NCBI GenBank assembly: GCA_964016885.1
Contig: OZ024745.1
Span: 17,484,001-17,548,000, forward strand
Direction of reading: 5' to 3'
Source: Eledone cirrhosa
Taxonomy: Eukaryota
Length of the DNA: 64,000 bases
Shown: positions 25,808 through 39,554 of the stretch, in pieces
Layout: every line of letters starts with the position of its first letter
Numbering within the stretch: position 1 is the stretch's first letter
Made by a program: the position numbers and the translations under genes
The notes under the pieces: generated by a model
Told to the model about the DNA's origin: nothing
The model's input: only the letters and a program-made list of their open reading frames with translations
Database searches by the model: none

Positions 25808-27936
25808 ATGCAGAAACAATATCTGAATAATTCTACAAAGAACATACCCGTACCAAGCAGGAAAGCATACCTAAAATCTCCCGATACAGAAAACAGAAGC
25901 GTTCATTAAAAGGTTGCGTTGGCGTGCCTTTTATTTCGATAATCAGAGAAAAGCAGACAATAAACAGTCTAAATTTGGGTTTGAAAGCTATAATAAACCT
26001 CCGAGCAACCCAGCATTGTTACCATTCGAAAATGATGTCCTGGAACTCATACGGAGTATCACATTTTGGAATAGGAGCAATTCCTTCCAGCAGGATCTGA
26101 TGAATAGAATTCGTTCTATTAAGGATTCTAATGACATGCACATCCATCCCGACAAAACTGGCAACCTATATCAAGTGGAGCGCAGTACTTATCATCAACT
26201 ACTACATAATGCTGTAACTAATGATTACCGTAAAACTAATCGGTGCGTCATCAATGAAATCAACGATGCTGGGTTTAAAATCACCTCTGATCTCAACATC
26301 CTGGACCGGACCGAACCTCTGGACCCTATTTCTCCCCACTTTACCCTGAAGGATCACAAATCCAATTTCCCGAACAACCCCACTATTCAGCTTATTAAAC
26401 CTAGGAAGTCCGATTTAGGTAGACTTAGTAAAAGGATTTTAGATAGAATTATACCTGAAATTAGAAGTCTGGCCCCTCTTGCACTGTGGAACAATTCTTT
26501 CGCGGTGATTGATTGGTTCAACTGCATATGCAACAAGGAACATTGCTTTTTTATCCAATTCGACATCAATAATTACTACTCCTCCATCACTTTACCACTT
26601 CTTCTTAGAGCTATCAATTTCGCTAAAACACTCACAGTGGTTAAGGATTTCGAAGATGAGGTCATCCTCAATGCCCGTAAGTCGGTGATTAATTTCGACG
26701 ACTCTATTTGGATTAAACAATCTAATAGTACCCCATTCGATGTGAGTATGGGTGCCAGCGATTCTGCGGAGGTTACTGATATTATCGGCCTTTTCCTTCT
26801 TTTCTCTATCAAGGAAGAATTCCCCAACGTGGGCGTTGATTTGTACTGTGATGACGATCATTTGACCATGACAAAGTGCGGCCCACGTGTTTGCGACAGG
26901 TTCAGAAAAGAACTCACAGCCTTCTTTAAAGGCTTCAACTTCTCCATACAGGTTGAAGCCAACCTCTCGGTCGTTAATTACCTCGACGTTACCCTCGATT
27001 TGTCGAATGGCTTGCAGTACCCGTATAGAAAGCGAATGATACGCTTAATTACATAAGTAAGCATTCTAACCATCCTACAAGCACAACCAAGAACCTGGTA
27101 AGAAACGTTTCTTTGAGGCTTTCCCGTTTATCTACAAACGAGTATATTTTCAACGACCATTCCTCATATTACAATGAAGCTCTTGCTTGAAGTGGATTTG
27201 TCGATAAGGTAGCTTATACAGAGTACGAGAATAGACCTGGAAAAAATAGATCCCGACGCATTGAAGGGTATAACCCACCATATAATATGGAGGTGGCTAC
27301 ACCTTTAGCTAAGATTTTTCTCTCCCTTATTCTGAAGCAGTTCCCCCAGCCCATAAATATGGTAAAATTATTAATAGAAATACCATTAAAATTTCTTATT
27401 CTACGACTCCTAACCTTGCACATAACATCACAGCTTCAAATTTAGCTAAATTACCTAGCTGTAGGAACACGTGCAACCCTGTAGTTAGTACTAACTGTAA
27501 TTGTAGGAATCGGGCTGACTGCCCCCTATCCGGGAAATGCCTCTCTAGTAACATTGTCTACAAATGTAAGGTTGAAACACCCACGTCCCGTAGGGCCTAC
27601 ATAGGATTAACCGCCAATAGATTCAAGCAGCGTCTTTACATGCACACCCATTCTTTTCTTAAACCTTTAAGAAGGAATATGACGTCACTTTCAGCTTATA
27701 TCTGGAGTCTAAAAGACAACCACACCCAATATAATTTACACTGGGAGATCCTAGCTAGGGTTAGATCGTATAACGGAAATAAAAGACCATGTGACCTCTG
27801 CGCCGCTGAGGCCCTGGAAATACACAACGCCATAGACCACATCTTAAACAAAAAATCCGAGGCAATTTCGGCTTGTAAACATAAATTGCACAAAACTTTA
27901 CTGTATTACAGCCCCACATTGTACCCTAACGGATAG
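25808..27936 (+). pseudogene. PLE RT-GIY-YIG ORF, frameshifted with an altered catalytic motif
   Basis: RWRAFYF, PDKTGNLY, TLKDHKSNF, QFDINNYYSSI, FDVSMGASDSAE, LYCDDDH (LYRDDG in the paralog at 48268), VNYLDVTLDL, then CNCRNRADCPLSGKCLSSNIVYKC...AYIGLT...CDLCAAE. Confidence 0.9.
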
Positions 27937-28979
27937 TACGAACTATACGCGCATATTCTACGTCTTGATGCTAAGTATATGTTATGTTAATACCATTACT
28001 TATTCGTGTAGGTAAGTATATATTACCTATATGTTTTGTGAAGGTACGTATACTTTCCGTACGTATATTTGATTGTATATGTTATTGGCGTATATATTAT
28101 ATATACTAGTACATGTGCATTTGGTTATGTGTATACGTGAGTTTTGCGTCTGTGTGAGTATGCGGGTTCGTACGTATGTAGGCTGTGTGTATATGTGTAC
28201 TTTGTTTTTAGGTTGACGTGCGTCCGCGAACATGTGTATTTACATTTGGGTGTGTGTGCGCGCGCGTTGTGTACGTATTTATGTGTGTATATTTATATAC
28301 GTTTATTTAATTATGTATATATACACACACACATACATGTATATATATATATGTTTTTGTTTATTTTTATGTGTATTTGGTGTATACGTTCGTATGTGTG
28401 CGGTACAGGCGTTGCATGAGTTCTGTATGTGCGTGTGTGTGGGTGTTGTTATTTTGTTTTCGTATACGTGCTTGTATTTGCATGCCCATGGGGAGTGTTT
28501 TTGCCTATGATTGTGTATGTACGTATACGGATGTGTGTATGTATATATTTAATTTCAATTATCTCTGTATTTTATTTACTTTATTCTTTACTCTGAAGCC
28601 GAGAATCATTCGGTTTCCTAAATAGAATTTTAGTCTACGACTTCAGTTATACCATTTACGTGGTTTTGTCTTTGCGTGAAATTGTTCTCTTTGTTCCACA
28701 TAATGACGTATTATCTTCGTTTTTTTCGTTCATTGCCAGAGAACGTCTCTATGAACCATGTAATACAATATTAGTCTACGACTTCTTTTATACCAAAAAC
28801 GTGGTTTTGTCTTAGCGTGTAATTTGTTTCACTGCACCAAATAATGACGTATTATCTTTTTATTTTTTTCGTTCTTTGGCAGGGAACGTTTCCGCGAACC
28901 AGAGTATCATCTTCCTGTCTTCCTTTGGTTGCAACGTTTTGGGAAATATTTACTTCTGCGTTCAGAGATTGACATTTTT

Positions 28980-29030
28980 AGTTTCAGAAGATCCCGTTAA
29001 GGGTGGAAGCATCGATTGTTTGCTTAAACT
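28980..29030 (+). ncRNA. Hammerhead-like motif with CAGAAGA core at the PLE 3' end
   Basis: agttt-CAGAAGA-t-ccc-gttaa-ggg-t-GGAA-gca...tgc-TT-aaact. Confidence 0.6.
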
Positions 29031-29046
29031 TTAATCTGTTATTTTA

Positions 29047-29139
<93 letters not shown>

Positions 29140-29634
29140 AATGAGTGGAAGAAAAGATAAATTATGAAGACTCACATCGATTCATTCATGTATAAATCTT
29201 AATTTCGATTTACATTCATGTGTAAAACTTCATTCGACTGTGTGTATCTTTTTCCTGAAGGTGTTAGATCACTGAACAAGAATTCATCTTAATAACAATA
29301 ATAAAACCCTGTATCCATTGTATTCCCTGAATCCATATATTGTGTTACATCAGAAGTAGCTGTATTCTATTTCATTTAATTGATGTGCTCATCATTTGGG
29401 TCGGATTATGTTAATCTTTGTCTTCTTTTCACATAGTCATATCGCATAGTTCGTGTCTCTTTATTTTATTACATAGAGAACATATAAGTTGCTAAGCTCT
29501 TTACGTGTGTATAATATCAAGAACTCATTATTAGGATATATCCTGTAAATTGAAGCTTTCCATCTATCTGTATAAACACCAACACATTCATATATACATA
29601 AACTATATGTATATGTAGGAGATATGTATACAGG

Positions 29635-29697
<63 letters not shown>

Positions 29698-30910
29698 TTT
29701 ACCAATATATATATATATATATATTTATTTAGGTTTGAGATTCACCACTGGATAGAGCTGGTCAATTCCGTATGGTCAATCTTAATGTAATAATATGGAG
29801 AGTACTCAACGTAAAGCAGTTCAATATATATATATTGAATTCCTAAGGGAATTGTCGGCCAGTTGCTGTCTTGACCGATTGTAGTACCAGAGGGTGAATC
29901 AATTAAGTTTTTTGAGTTGAAATACATATAAATATGTGTCTGTGCGTGTCGGACACACGTACACACAAAGAAGCTGCCGACCTAAATGTGCCTGTCATGC
30001 CTGTCTGAATTTTCGGTCAGTTGCTGACTTGACCGATTAACTCCACAATTACTACGTAGCGGTTCTTGCACGTGACTGCTGGACCCGGATGAAACGAAGA
30101 CGATGAATTTCCTTGCGTACCGTTTTGTACCACAGATGCGATCTCACCCTGCCTCGTTAATGTCCTATCGATACCAAAGTTCAACGTTCGGGCGAATAGA
30201 ATTGAATCCAACCACCAACAACATAGCTGGATGACCGATAATCACACTAAACCGGAGTACTGTGATCCTTCTGATGTCCAGATATTCAACAACTGACACT
30301 GTTATGAAGACCAGAAAACCATACTCCATAATATTGAACCAAGTGATTGATTTGTGCGACCAAAATAACACCACACACATATTGAACTAGGAATATTGGA
30401 TCCTCCGTCAATGTCCGGGTGAGCAAAAATAGATTTCTATCTGCATTGGAATTTACGAACTTGTGCATCTGCTGTGGTGTCAAAAACAAACGCGCATGAC
30501 CGCACAGATAAACAATGGACCATGCCACGTGGCTCGAACCCGTAAGTGAATTGAAGGTTCTGCAACTCTGATACACAGATTATTTATTATTAAGATGTGT
30601 AAACTTGACATAACTATTATCATCTTATATTCTCTCAACTAATCACACTTGATCACATTTCTCTATCCCGTTTTCTCCCCCCATAATTATTATATTTTTA
30701 TTATTATTTGAAAAAATCGGTTTTTTTACATTGTGTTTTCCCCTCCAAATATTCGCTTATATTTCTTTATATATTCTCTATATATTTTTTTTTAATCTTT
30801 ATTATTTCCACTTTTATCCTCCTTTATATTTTACCTTATTCTTACTTATATACCTTATTATAATGTAATCTTCCCCATGCCTTATTATACACTATTAATT
30901 ATATATTATT

Positions 30911-31097
30911 AGGCGGTGGATTGGCAGTATCGGTAGAGGGTCGGACGCCATGCTTTCCAGCATAGTTATGTCCCTTTACGATCTGAGTTCAAATCCCGCC
31001 GAGGTTGACTTTGCCTTTCATCCTTACGGGGTCGATAAAATAAAGTACCAGTAATGCACTGGGTAATTGCTGGCCTTGTGCCTAAAGTAGAAACAAT
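30911..31097 (+). mobile_element. Full-length tRNA-derived SINE with Nin/Deu-like core
   Basis: A box tggcagtatcgg, B box gagttcaaatcc, core gactttgcctttcatccttacggggtcgataaaataaagtacc; short AT-rich direct repeat (aattatatattatta) on both sides. Confidence 0.9.
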
Positions 31098-31161
31098 TAA
31101 TTATATATTATTATTATTACTCTTTTTCCATTTCTAATTACCTCATGTACTTTCTCCTCCG

Positions 31162-31196
<35 letters not shown>

Positions 31197-31528
31197 ATGC
31201 CCTTTGTGTTTGTGTAGCCTCTGCGCACCCTCTGCACCATACTATCGACGCCACCCCATCTATGGTTCAGCTAACCACCCGACTCCCGTGAATGAATATG
31301 ACCGCAGCTAGTAAACAAGGACCCACCCCCCACCCCCACCCCCGCACCAACATTAGACTTATCGTCCCCTACTTTTGCTCTTTACTCTCTTTACTCTTTG
31401 TTCTTGAATGTTTGGTTGGTAGAGTCCATAACACCAATCAAACCCCTTTTATAGCTCTGACGTAAGGAAGAAACATTGTAAGCCAATAAAAATCTTTTGA
31501 TGTTGTAGACGCTCTTGTGTTCTTTTTC

Positions 31529-31617
<89 letters not shown>

Positions 31618-31670
31618 CATATATATATACGATATTAAATAAATGGAAACTATATTTATAAAACCATATT

Positions 31671-31736
31671 TATTTCATTATATATATTTCAGGGATATCA
31701 TATTAACAATATGCTATGCCTTCCTCAGACAAAATA
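31671..31736 (-). ncRNA. Type I hammerhead ribozyme
   Basis: Reverse complement: tattttgt-CTGAGGA-aggcatagcatatt-gtt-aatatgatatccct-GAAA-tatata-TA-atgaaata. Confidence 0.78.
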
Positions 31737-31876
31737 CAATATAAACAGTTTTATAGATAAATAGATTTGACATACCGTACAACATCGACTTGTATTTGAA
31801 AAGTTGAGAGTTATAAACTCAAAATAGTCTTTTACAATTAAATAGCTCAAGGAAAGGAATATTTCCGAGCCGTGTA

Positions 31877-32518
31877 ATACAAATGAATATATGAGAGGGA
31901 TGTACGTTGATACAAGTATACATGTGTTTGTATTGCAAATGACCAAGTTGGCTAGGTTGAAAAATACTAATTTAAAATAATACGGTTTGACTGTCTCATT
32001 TTAAAATAATAAATCAATAAAAACAAACCTATATTGGCAATGGCCGTGATACCCGTACAAATTCTAAATTTGTTTCGCAACGTAAAAGACTAATTTGAGT
32101 TTATAACTCTACATATAATATTCTCGGCTCCATACGTAGGATAATTTCCGTCCCATAAAACCGGCTGCTATTTTTAGCGGCACGAGTATGGGACGAGTTA
32201 AGCGCCGTGACACATGTCGTTCAACAACACATTCTCTTAAGTATTTTGAAGTGAAACTTACCAATTTCTGGATACCCGCAGAAGAGCACAGGAATAGTAA
32301 CTTTCACTTAATTGTTGCGAAACAAATTTAGAATTTGTACGGGTATCACGGCCATTGCAAATATAGGTTTGTTTTCATTGATTTATTATTTTAAATGGAG
32401 ACAGGCAAACCGTATTAATTTCAATTAGTGTTTTTCAACCTAGCTAACTTGGTCATTTGCAATACAAACACATGTATACCTGTATCAGTGTTCATCCCTC
32501 TCATATATTCATTTGTAT
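31877..32518. mobile_element. Fold-back non-coding unit with ~205-bp inverted arms
   Basis: 31877-32081 is the reverse complement of 32314-32518; the inversion breakpoint lies inside hammerhead stem II. Confidence 0.85.
32271..32347 (+). ncRNA. Type I hammerhead with CAGAAGA (U4A) core
   Basis: gatacccg-CAGAAGA-gca...tgc-GAAA-caaatt-tag-aatttg-TA-cgggtatc. Stem I is a perfect 8 bp; stem III is palindromic. Confidence 0.82.
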
Positions 32519-32525
32519 ATATATA

Positions 32526-33306
32526 TATAAAATTCAAAGGGATATATGTATATATTTAGACATAGTCACAGATACATATATGAGTTTGCCTATCTTTCAC
32601 GGTATGGCTCAATGAAGAATTAATTAAGCAAATAATTATTAATCAGAGCTATATATAAAATTGCAAATTTGAAGAATTATAGATAAAATATATACAGTAT
32701 TTCCTCTCCCTAGCCCGTAGAAATCAACCACATAAATAATCATTTAAACGAGGCTATAAGTTTAAAATGTAACTATGAAGAAATAATAGACAAATTATAC
32801 AGACTATCTTCCGCGAGGGACAGCCAGAAAAAATTTACCTAGTCATTCATTTTAGCCCGTAGAAATTGATTAGGCAAATAATCAACTACACGGAGTTAGG
32901 TTTAAAATAGAAGTTAAAAGAAAAAATGCATATAAACTTTACCAAAATTCCTATAGACTCGACTACCGGCAGTTTCTGCGGATATGTCCAATCCTGGATC
33001 TAACCACGAGGCTTGGAACTCATTAATAGACACCTCTAGTCTGGACTAAAATTTCTACCGTGATCCCCGCCAGAAATTAATTCAAAATGGCTATGAACTA
33101 TCACGTGGCTAGCGGTCAAGACAGAGAGATGTGATTGGTTGTCAGGCGGCGAGTAGCTTGGTTGCTAGAAAGCGCAGCCAGATACTGCCTAAAGTCCTAC
33201 TCAACCTTACGGGAGTATATATTAAATTCAAAGGGATATATGTATATAATTAGACATAGTCACAGGTACATATATAAGTTTAGCTACCTTTCACGGTGTG
33301 GCTCAA
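32526..33306 (-). mobile_element. ~695-bp non-coding unit with terminal direct repeat (retrozyme-like), degenerate hammerhead
   Basis: An ~80-bp repeat occurs at 32530 and 33224. The unit is homologous to 54056-54893. The minus strand has TTAATGA...GAAA-ctgccggtag-TC at 32955-33030. Confidence 0.7.
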
Positions 33307-33315
33307 AAACACACA

Positions 33316-34010
33316 CACCTGTTAGTTTTCACTTTCCGGTTGGTTGGTTGATTCGATAAACGGATGGTTGTCTATGTATTATCAAAGATCTTTCGTCACA
33401 CATTGTATGACCTCATTGACTAGTTTTCTATTTTGGGGTTCTCCTTTGTTCTGTCCAACACCATCTTGTTTTTGTGTGTTCTGCATTGTGTGATTAGCAC
33501 ATGCGTTACATCCGCGCGCGCGCGCGTGTGTGTGTGTTTATTTGTCACTAATTGGTTGTTTGTTCTATCTGTGTGTGTCCGGTTTGTTTTGTTAGTTTGG
33601 TTTTTGTGTGTGCCTGTATATCTTCATTTTGTCCTTAATTAGATCTGTTCTGTGTGTGGATACAATTTTTATCTTTGTGTTCTCTAATGTGCCCGTATGT
33701 TCTATGTTGGCATGCTGGTGGTTACTGGTCAGTTTTTCCCATCCTAGATTTCTAACCAGTGTTCACTTCGCCTTTCTTAGAGACACAACGCACAAAAATA
33801 AAATGGTGTGGGTCAGAACATAGGAGGGGCACAAAATAAAAATCTAGTCAATGGAGAGGTCACAGAATATGTGACGAAAGAGATTTGACAATATATAAAC
33901 AACCATTCGTTTATCGAACCAACCGGAAATTTATAATACATTGAAGTGAAAACGAACAGGTGCGTTTATTGGCATTTATTGGTAGCATGACCTTCCCAAA
34001 GTATAGCTAT
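33316..34010. mobile_element. Fold-back non-coding unit with diverged inverted arms
   Basis: 33316-33430 versus 33838-33962. The 3' end is shared with 23840-23962 and terminates in tgaccttcccaaagtata(TA)n. Confidence 0.7.
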
Positions 34011-34928
34011 ATATATATATGAATAACTTCCTGCACGATTTTAAATGATATATCACATTAAATATTAACGGGTTCAAAAGAATATATATTCCTTTAGTTT
34101 GAATTTTGAACATTTTGATGTTATTGACAGGCTTGACTAGGCATTACACAATGTACATTAGGCACACAGACTCTTCCTTTTAATAACTGAATTATTTATT
34201 TCCAGCAAGTATGTTGAAAGATAAACAACATTCTGTCATTCTATGGGAGAATCTTGGTCAACCTATGAACCCTTGTACTGACCCTCGTAGATTGAACCAG
34301 CTCTGAATATGTGTTCGAGTATCGACAATGTTAGATTTAAAAATATGGAGCGAAGTAATATATTAGAAAACATGAGTTTACAAATAATTAACGTGGTATG
34401 CCTTTTGGAAGAATTCAAATTACATATTTAACTCCAGTATTAAAATTTCACATTTAACTGTTCGGATTTTAATTTTTACTGTATCATTTCCGACGTTGTG
34501 TATTAATATAAGAATTATTCTAACTGAAAATGTGAGCTTTTTAGTAAATTACTCATGCTATTGGTTTGAAATACAGTACACTTCAATTTATCTAACTTAT
34601 ACAAACGATAGAGTAGCTAATATGAGTTGAATCGAAACGTACCTACCACATTCATTGCATAGAATTATATCGTACTTCCTATACAATGCAGTCGTGCTTA
34701 TCTACTTTTAGAGATATCTTTCATGGAAATATGTGTATCATTCGGAGAATTTACTTCTGTAATCTTTACACGTTTGGATTTAAGTATGTACAGATTTGTA
34801 GTAGATACATCCTACATGATATGTTTATCAATATAACTCTGTATAAACGCAATTATTTCTTTTTATTTGGTTCTGTATTGTTGCTCGCTTTTAATCTTCA
34901 TGTTTGTGTGCATTACTTATTTGTTCTT

Positions 34929-35008
<80 letters not shown>

Positions 35009-35937
35009 TATACATATGTGTGTGTGTATGTGTGTGTGTGTGTGTAAATATATGCAGATTAACGTATGAGGCCGATTAGTATCTATACAAGTGTGTCACA
35101 GAATATCTCCACGATTCTAGCCTGTTAATCCACAAAGGTAGGAATTTAAGCGTTCATACTAACATTTAGATACCTGCACCCACCCATAAATCCATACATA
35201 CATACATGCATGCATGCTCGCATACATGTATGTAAGCATGTGTGTGCAAATTCCCACATCTAAGCTGGTACAATAGTTTCAAATTCCTCTGAGAATTCGC
35301 TGGTCATTAATTAATAATAAATCCATGACCAGCAAGTTCCGGAAGATGGAATTCTCATCAGCCTGGAGGCCTTTTAGGGATTTCCGAAAATCAACCTTCT
35401 ACTCAATGTTCATGTTAGTGCCGGTATCCCAATGTGTAATATTAACTACTATTAGGTCAGCAAATGGGAGCAATAGTGGCTGACCGGCTGGGGTCGGTGG
35501 CAATGTTTAATATAGCAGCAGGACTTCACCAATATGTAACACTCTACCATAATAAAAGACAAAATATCTGAAGTCAGTTCAGATAATAAGGATTTAGATC
35601 GATATCCAGTGGTTTCAATCTAGATGTTTACAATTTGCTCCAGAAATTCATTTGGAACACACACAGAAAACTAAGCTAAGAAACAGTCTAATTACATTTA
35701 TTTCAGATGAAATATATATAGGTAGATAGCTAGTAATTGCTACTTTTCTACCTTTGATAGTTTGGAGGTTAGTTCGGCCTTTCAAACATTGTGAAATGGA
35801 AGATGTCAAATTACCACTTTCAGGAAAATTATAGTCATAGAATGTTTACCATGTGACCATATTGTTTATTATTATGATACATTGGAGTAGTTAATCATTT
35901 GTGTAACCCTCTCAATCGTCTATATACGAGTTTCTCC

Positions 35938-36218
35938 TTTATCCATCTCATCCTACATAGCATTTTGCTTTATCCATCTCATCCTACATAGCATTTTGCC
36001 TTATCCATCTCATCCTCCATAGCATTTTGCATTATCCATCTCATCCTACATAGCATTTTGCTTTATCCATCTCATCCTACATAGCATTTTGCTTTATCCA
36101 TCTGATCCTACATAACATTTTGCTTTATCCATCTCATCCTACATAGCATTTTGCTTTATCCATCTCATCCTACATAGCATTTTGCTTTATCCATCTCATC
36201 CTACATAACATTTTGCTT
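35938..36218. repeat. 31-bp minisatellite, ~9 copies
   Basis: Unit tttatccatctcatcctacatagcattttgc. Confidence 0.95.
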
Positions 36219-37290
36219 TTCAGCGTATCTGTTCCAAGCTTTGCTGTATAACCGTTTCTTGTTGTCTTCAAGTTTCTATAGGAATGCCCTCATATTTGTG
36301 TTCAGACGAATGATGTAAAGTTATCTCCATTCAATGTGGGTGTCGGACACCAACAAGGATGCGCATGTTAAACTCTCATGATCATAAATTTTATGAAAAG
36401 ATTTCACATTCTCGGATGGGTTTGAACTCGTGTAGGATCAACCGGCTAAGATTTGCAAACATTTTACTGTTTGAAATATTTTCACTTCTTTCCGTGCAGC
36501 AACACTAGCAATGCTTTGGACAAATTACCAATGCTGTAGCATTAACTTATTTGTTCTTGCTGTTCGACGAGACAGCCAAACGACAATCACAATAGCATTT
36601 AAAATATAAAAGGATGGATGTAATATACCGTGTAACACGACAGGATAGACTCGATTAAATATAATGGATTTTATCAGAGATCTTCTCAGCACAAATAATT
36701 ATAAGTACTACAATAATGTTAACGTTTCATATTTTACACGAATTTAATTATAAACACAAGTTCAAAACGTGGGTTATATTATTCTTTCTTATTCTATTAC
36801 TATTGACGTTTATTGTTCTAGGAGTTATATTACAGAGGTATTTCCCTCCGTATCTATATATTTGGATATGCAATGTATTTTTACTATTGAAGAATGAAGC
36901 CAGTTTGTTCACTGACTCTTACTCAATGTAGTGTCATTAAATAATGCTTTCTGAAAATTATATCTAGTCAATCAGCGAATATACATTTTGCGGAATGTCA
37001 TGTACACGTGTGACCTTTATTTGCGACAGGAGTCACATACTGATCACCCATTCGCTTAATAATCATGAACGCTATCAAAATAAAGGCACCGTAGGTTATT
37101 GGATTCTATAAAGCGTGTCAGAAGATGTTTCTTAATAAACAGTTGTGCATTACAAAGATCATGTAGGGAGCAATCCATCATTCATATGTAAATTGATTAA
37201 ACTGCTTTTATATTGCGATTCATGTGCCTACATATGCGTATATCGATTTTTACACGTCGTAAATTTCAGTATGTGCATTTATCTAATGCT

Positions 37291-37359
<69 letters not shown>

Positions 37360-37492
37360 GAACGAGTAGGACCCCGACGGCTGAGCTCAAGCCCTCGGGG
37401 ACCTACTCGTTCCTATTACCCACTCTACTACCCTAAGTATTGAGTACTTTGGTGCGTTATGGTCCACCTGGTTCCTTACCGCATTTCCTTCG

Positions 37493-37568
<76 letters not shown>

Positions 37569-37631
37569 GTCCCAAGGCTCTGATACCATCAAAACCATAA
37601 ACACAGAGCTGGCATATCTAAGAACTGACTA

Positions 37632-37687
37632 ACTGCCTGATGAGGTCATAGCCATTCAATAGCTATCATCGAAATATATATAGCAGT
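37632..37687 (+). ncRNA. Type I hammerhead ribozyme in a ~170-bp island between (TA)n tracts
   Basis: actgc-CTGATGA-ggtcatagc-cattcaata-gctatcatc-GAAA-tatata-TA-gcagt. Confidence 0.85.
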
Positions 37688-38125
37688 AAATAAAGGATTA
37701 CGAGTCCATGCAATTGACTTATGTTTCGTCACTATATATATATATATATATATATATGTGTAGGTATGTATGTTCTTCAGATTTTATAATTTCACAAATT
37801 TTTCCACATAGAGAGAGTCGGTTTCTAACATAGACACAGGACTCTCTCACTGGAATTCACACAACATCAACTAGGTAGATTATGTATGCATGCATGTGTA
37901 AATATGGATGTAATTGTATGTGTGGATGTGGATGTTTTGAGTTGTATGTGTGCATGTGTATATGCTTTGCATCTGTACATGTGTATATGCAGTTATTAGA
38001 TGCAACAATTTTGGAATGTTTTACATATTTTTAAGTTCCATTAATGGATTGTACTTGTAATTTGCTATGTATGTATGTATGTATGTATGTATGTATGTAT
38101 GTATGTATGTATGTATGTATGTATG

Positions 38126-38730
38126 TCAGGTCACCAGTTGGTGCTACTGGTAACATGTATCCCAGTACTACCTGTCTCATGGTCGGGTCGTTGGCGACTA
38201 AACTGGCAACCCCACCAAAGTTTCTTGGTGAGGAGGGTGGCTTTGGACATCCTGCAGGACTAAAAACAAAACCTGTCAAAAGGCAAAGGGGCTCTTAAGA
38301 GTCAATGGCCATCCAAAATCACCGGGAGAGATGACCCCTTAGCCTTTGTCAAGGCAGAATTCTAGGAGAAGGAAAACTCTGATATAACACCTGCAACCCT
38401 GATGGTATCCAATGATGTTGAATTGTTCTTCTTTTTGGTAAATGTCATCTTGGTTAAGAGAGTGGGACTGGCTTTGTGCAGTGCCTTTGCTCACTATAAA
38501 AGCTTCACAGCACAGGCATTGCTTTATATCTGGAGATCAGTCTGCACTTGTCGTCACATGGTACCATGGGCCCAGCACTATGTGTCAATAATTGTCACAG
38601 GTGTAGTGTTTGTACCAGAGTTTTCAAGTCTCTGGCTGGACTAAAAAGTCACACTCGTTCAGCGCATTGGTAGGGGTTCTCCTACATGTATATAAAGTAG
38701 TGGCCGTACTCGAAAACGAGTTGGCAGCCA
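38126..38730 (+). mobile_element. RTE-like LINE 5' UTR or non-autonomous derivative between (TATG)n tracts
   Basis: GC-richer island containing ctaggagaaggaaaactctga, which resembles RTE 5' UTRs (recalled resemblance, not searched). Confidence 0.45.
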
Positions 38731-38736
38731 CCATGT

Positions 38737-38815
38737 ATGTATGTATGTATGTACGTATACGTACATACATATATGTATACAGACGTACAGTAGCATGTAT
38801 ATACATACATATATG

Positions 38816-38858
<43 letters not shown>

Positions 38859-39472
38859 GTATGGGTTTACCGAACATTTATTATAATGTTCGGTTTGTTT
38901 GTACACAAACATCCTGAATTATTAGCCGTAGAGTGTTCAGCAACCATCGTTGCCATTTTGTTCAACATTGACAAAGGAACGATGAACTAGTTTCTAGCTT
39001 ATTAGCTGCCATCAGCACCGTATACCTTCCTGTCAGTGAATTGAACGTTTGAAAGTATATACTTTCCTTATGCATATTAACGGCTGAGTAGCCTAATTTG
39101 CATATCTAATGAGTTAGTCGGCCGGGCGTACCGAAAACGATAAATGGAAAAAATGAAATTTCATTTCCTACTCTTAGTACGCCTGATACTTAAATATAAG
39201 TATGTATACGTACATACATATATGTATACAGACGTACAGTGTGGCACCGATGATTGCCGAACACTGTACGGCTAATAATTCAGGCTGTTTGTGTACAGAC
39301 AGACCGAGCATTATAATAAAGGTTCGGTAAACCCATACGTACATATATATATATATGTGTGCATGTATGTATGTATATACATGCTATTGTACGTATGTAT
39401 ACATATATGTATGAACGTTTACATACTTATATTTAGGTATCAGCCGTACAAAGAGTGAGAAATGAAATTTCA

Positions 39473-39478
<6 letters not shown>
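38737..39478. mobile_element. Diverged copy of the ~450-bp hammerhead-bearing retrozyme-like family
   Basis: Homologous to 40960-42302; a direct-repeat end plus an inverted segment at 39245-39478. Confidence 0.8.
38980..39020 (-). ncRNA. Minimal hammerhead, A9G variant
   Basis: Reverse complement: cggtg-CTGATGG-c-agct-aata-agct-a-GAAA-ctag-TT-catcg. Confidence 0.65.

Positions 39479-39549
<71 letters not shown>

Positions 39550-39554
<5 letters not shown>

Larger units (their letters stand above)
25800..29050 (+). mobile_element. Penelope-like element, second family, with 3' UTR/pLTR
   Basis: RT and GIY-YIG ORF followed by a TG-rich UTR, a partly duplicated pLTR block (28626-28760 / 28771-28905) and a hammerhead motif ending at (TA)n. 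Confidence 0.9.

Noticed and set aside
31454-31493. Hammerhead gct-CTGACGT...GAAA-cattg-TA-agc
   Set aside because: No stem II and only a 3-bp stem I; at best a remnant.
33846-33890. Hammerhead in the 33.3-34 kb fold-back unit
   Set aside because: Stems I and II are present, but the core reads ATGGAGA and is deleted in the other arm; too decayed to call.
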